Below, in pieces: positions 32,566 to 32,701 of a DNA stretch of 32,701 nucleotides (its first letter is position 1; every line of letters begins with the position of its first letter). The translations under genes were made by a program, and so were the position numbers. Below the pieces are notes generated by a model. It made no database searches. It was not told the DNA's origin and was given only the letters and a program-made list of their open reading frames with translations. Origin of the DNA: an uncultured Candidatus Saccharibacteria bacterium (GTDB lineage Bacteria; Patescibacteriota; Minisyncoccia; UBA6257; UBA9933); the NCBI GenBank assembly GCA_964482855.1, contig CAYZYY010000001.1, forward strand, positions 2,194 to 34,894, written 5' to 3'.

Positions 32566-32701
32566 ATGAAAATGAAAAAAATCAAATTTACCATTATCGG
32601 ATGCGGGAAAATAGGCAATCGGCACGCCTCCAAACTTCAAGCCATTGAAGACGCCGAGCTTATCGGCGTTTGCGACATAATTCCGGAACGCGCCCAAAAA
32701 C
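32566..32701 (+). CDS. Gfo/Idh/MocA-family NAD(P)-dependent (sugar) oxidoreductase, 5' fragment cut by the window edge
   Basis: My translation is MKMKKIKFTIIGCGKIGNRHASKLQAIEDAELIGVCDIIPERAQK, a Rossmann GxGxxG segment with the family-typical N-terminus. It is not in the ORF track because it is truncated. The start could instead be 32572. Confidence 0.65.
   Translation, partial: MKMKKIKFTIIGCGKIGNRHASKLQAIEDAELIGVCDIIPERAQK

Overview
AT-rich, gene-dense bacterial window that uses the standard genetic code: TAA, TGA and TAG each terminate full-length conserved genes. Intergenic gaps are short or overlapping, and I see no convincing Shine-Dalgarno sequences. The gene content (class III anaerobic ribonucleotide reductase, minimal ftsA-ftsZ, compact rpsU-yqeY-ybeY) suggests a reduced-genome anaerobe such as a Patescibacteria/CPR lineage; this is inference, not proof.

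Housekeeping half (73-14762), almost all on the minus strand: an unknown membrane protein, a sigma-region-4/HARE-HTH protein, secF, secD, nrdG, nrdD, ftsZ, ftsA, ybeY, yqeY, rpsU, a HIT hydrolase, hisS and lepB, plus pth on the plus strand.

Accessory half (14749-32701), a surface-glycan locus:
- Plus strand: a priming sugar-phosphotransferase and a MOP flippase.
- These converge, with overlapping stop codons, on a ~15-kb, 16-ORF minus-strand operon. It holds a CgeB-like glycosyltransferase split by an in-frame TAG, two methyltransferase-fold paralogues, a GT4, an SGNH esterase/acyltransferase and an FkbM methyltransferase. It continues with SxtK/SxtJ-like mini membrane proteins, a NodU/CmcH carbamoyltransferase, a second flippase-like protein, another GT4, a GT2, a SPASM radical-SAM enzyme, a membrane-anchored GT2 and a B12-radical-SAM enzyme.
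- A divergent Gfo/Idh/MocA gene is cut by the window edge.

Non-coding signals:
- A ~112-nt repeat with GC-rich terminal stems, present twice and flanking the HIT gene.
- A family of AT-rich TCAAAA/AAAATTCAAAA inverted and tandem repeats in three intergenic spacers.
- Terminator-like hairpins oriented antisense to the operons they sit in.
- Several near-consensus promoters that abut start codons, which implies leaderless mRNAs.

I recognised no rRNA, tRNA, CRISPR array, transposase or integrase.
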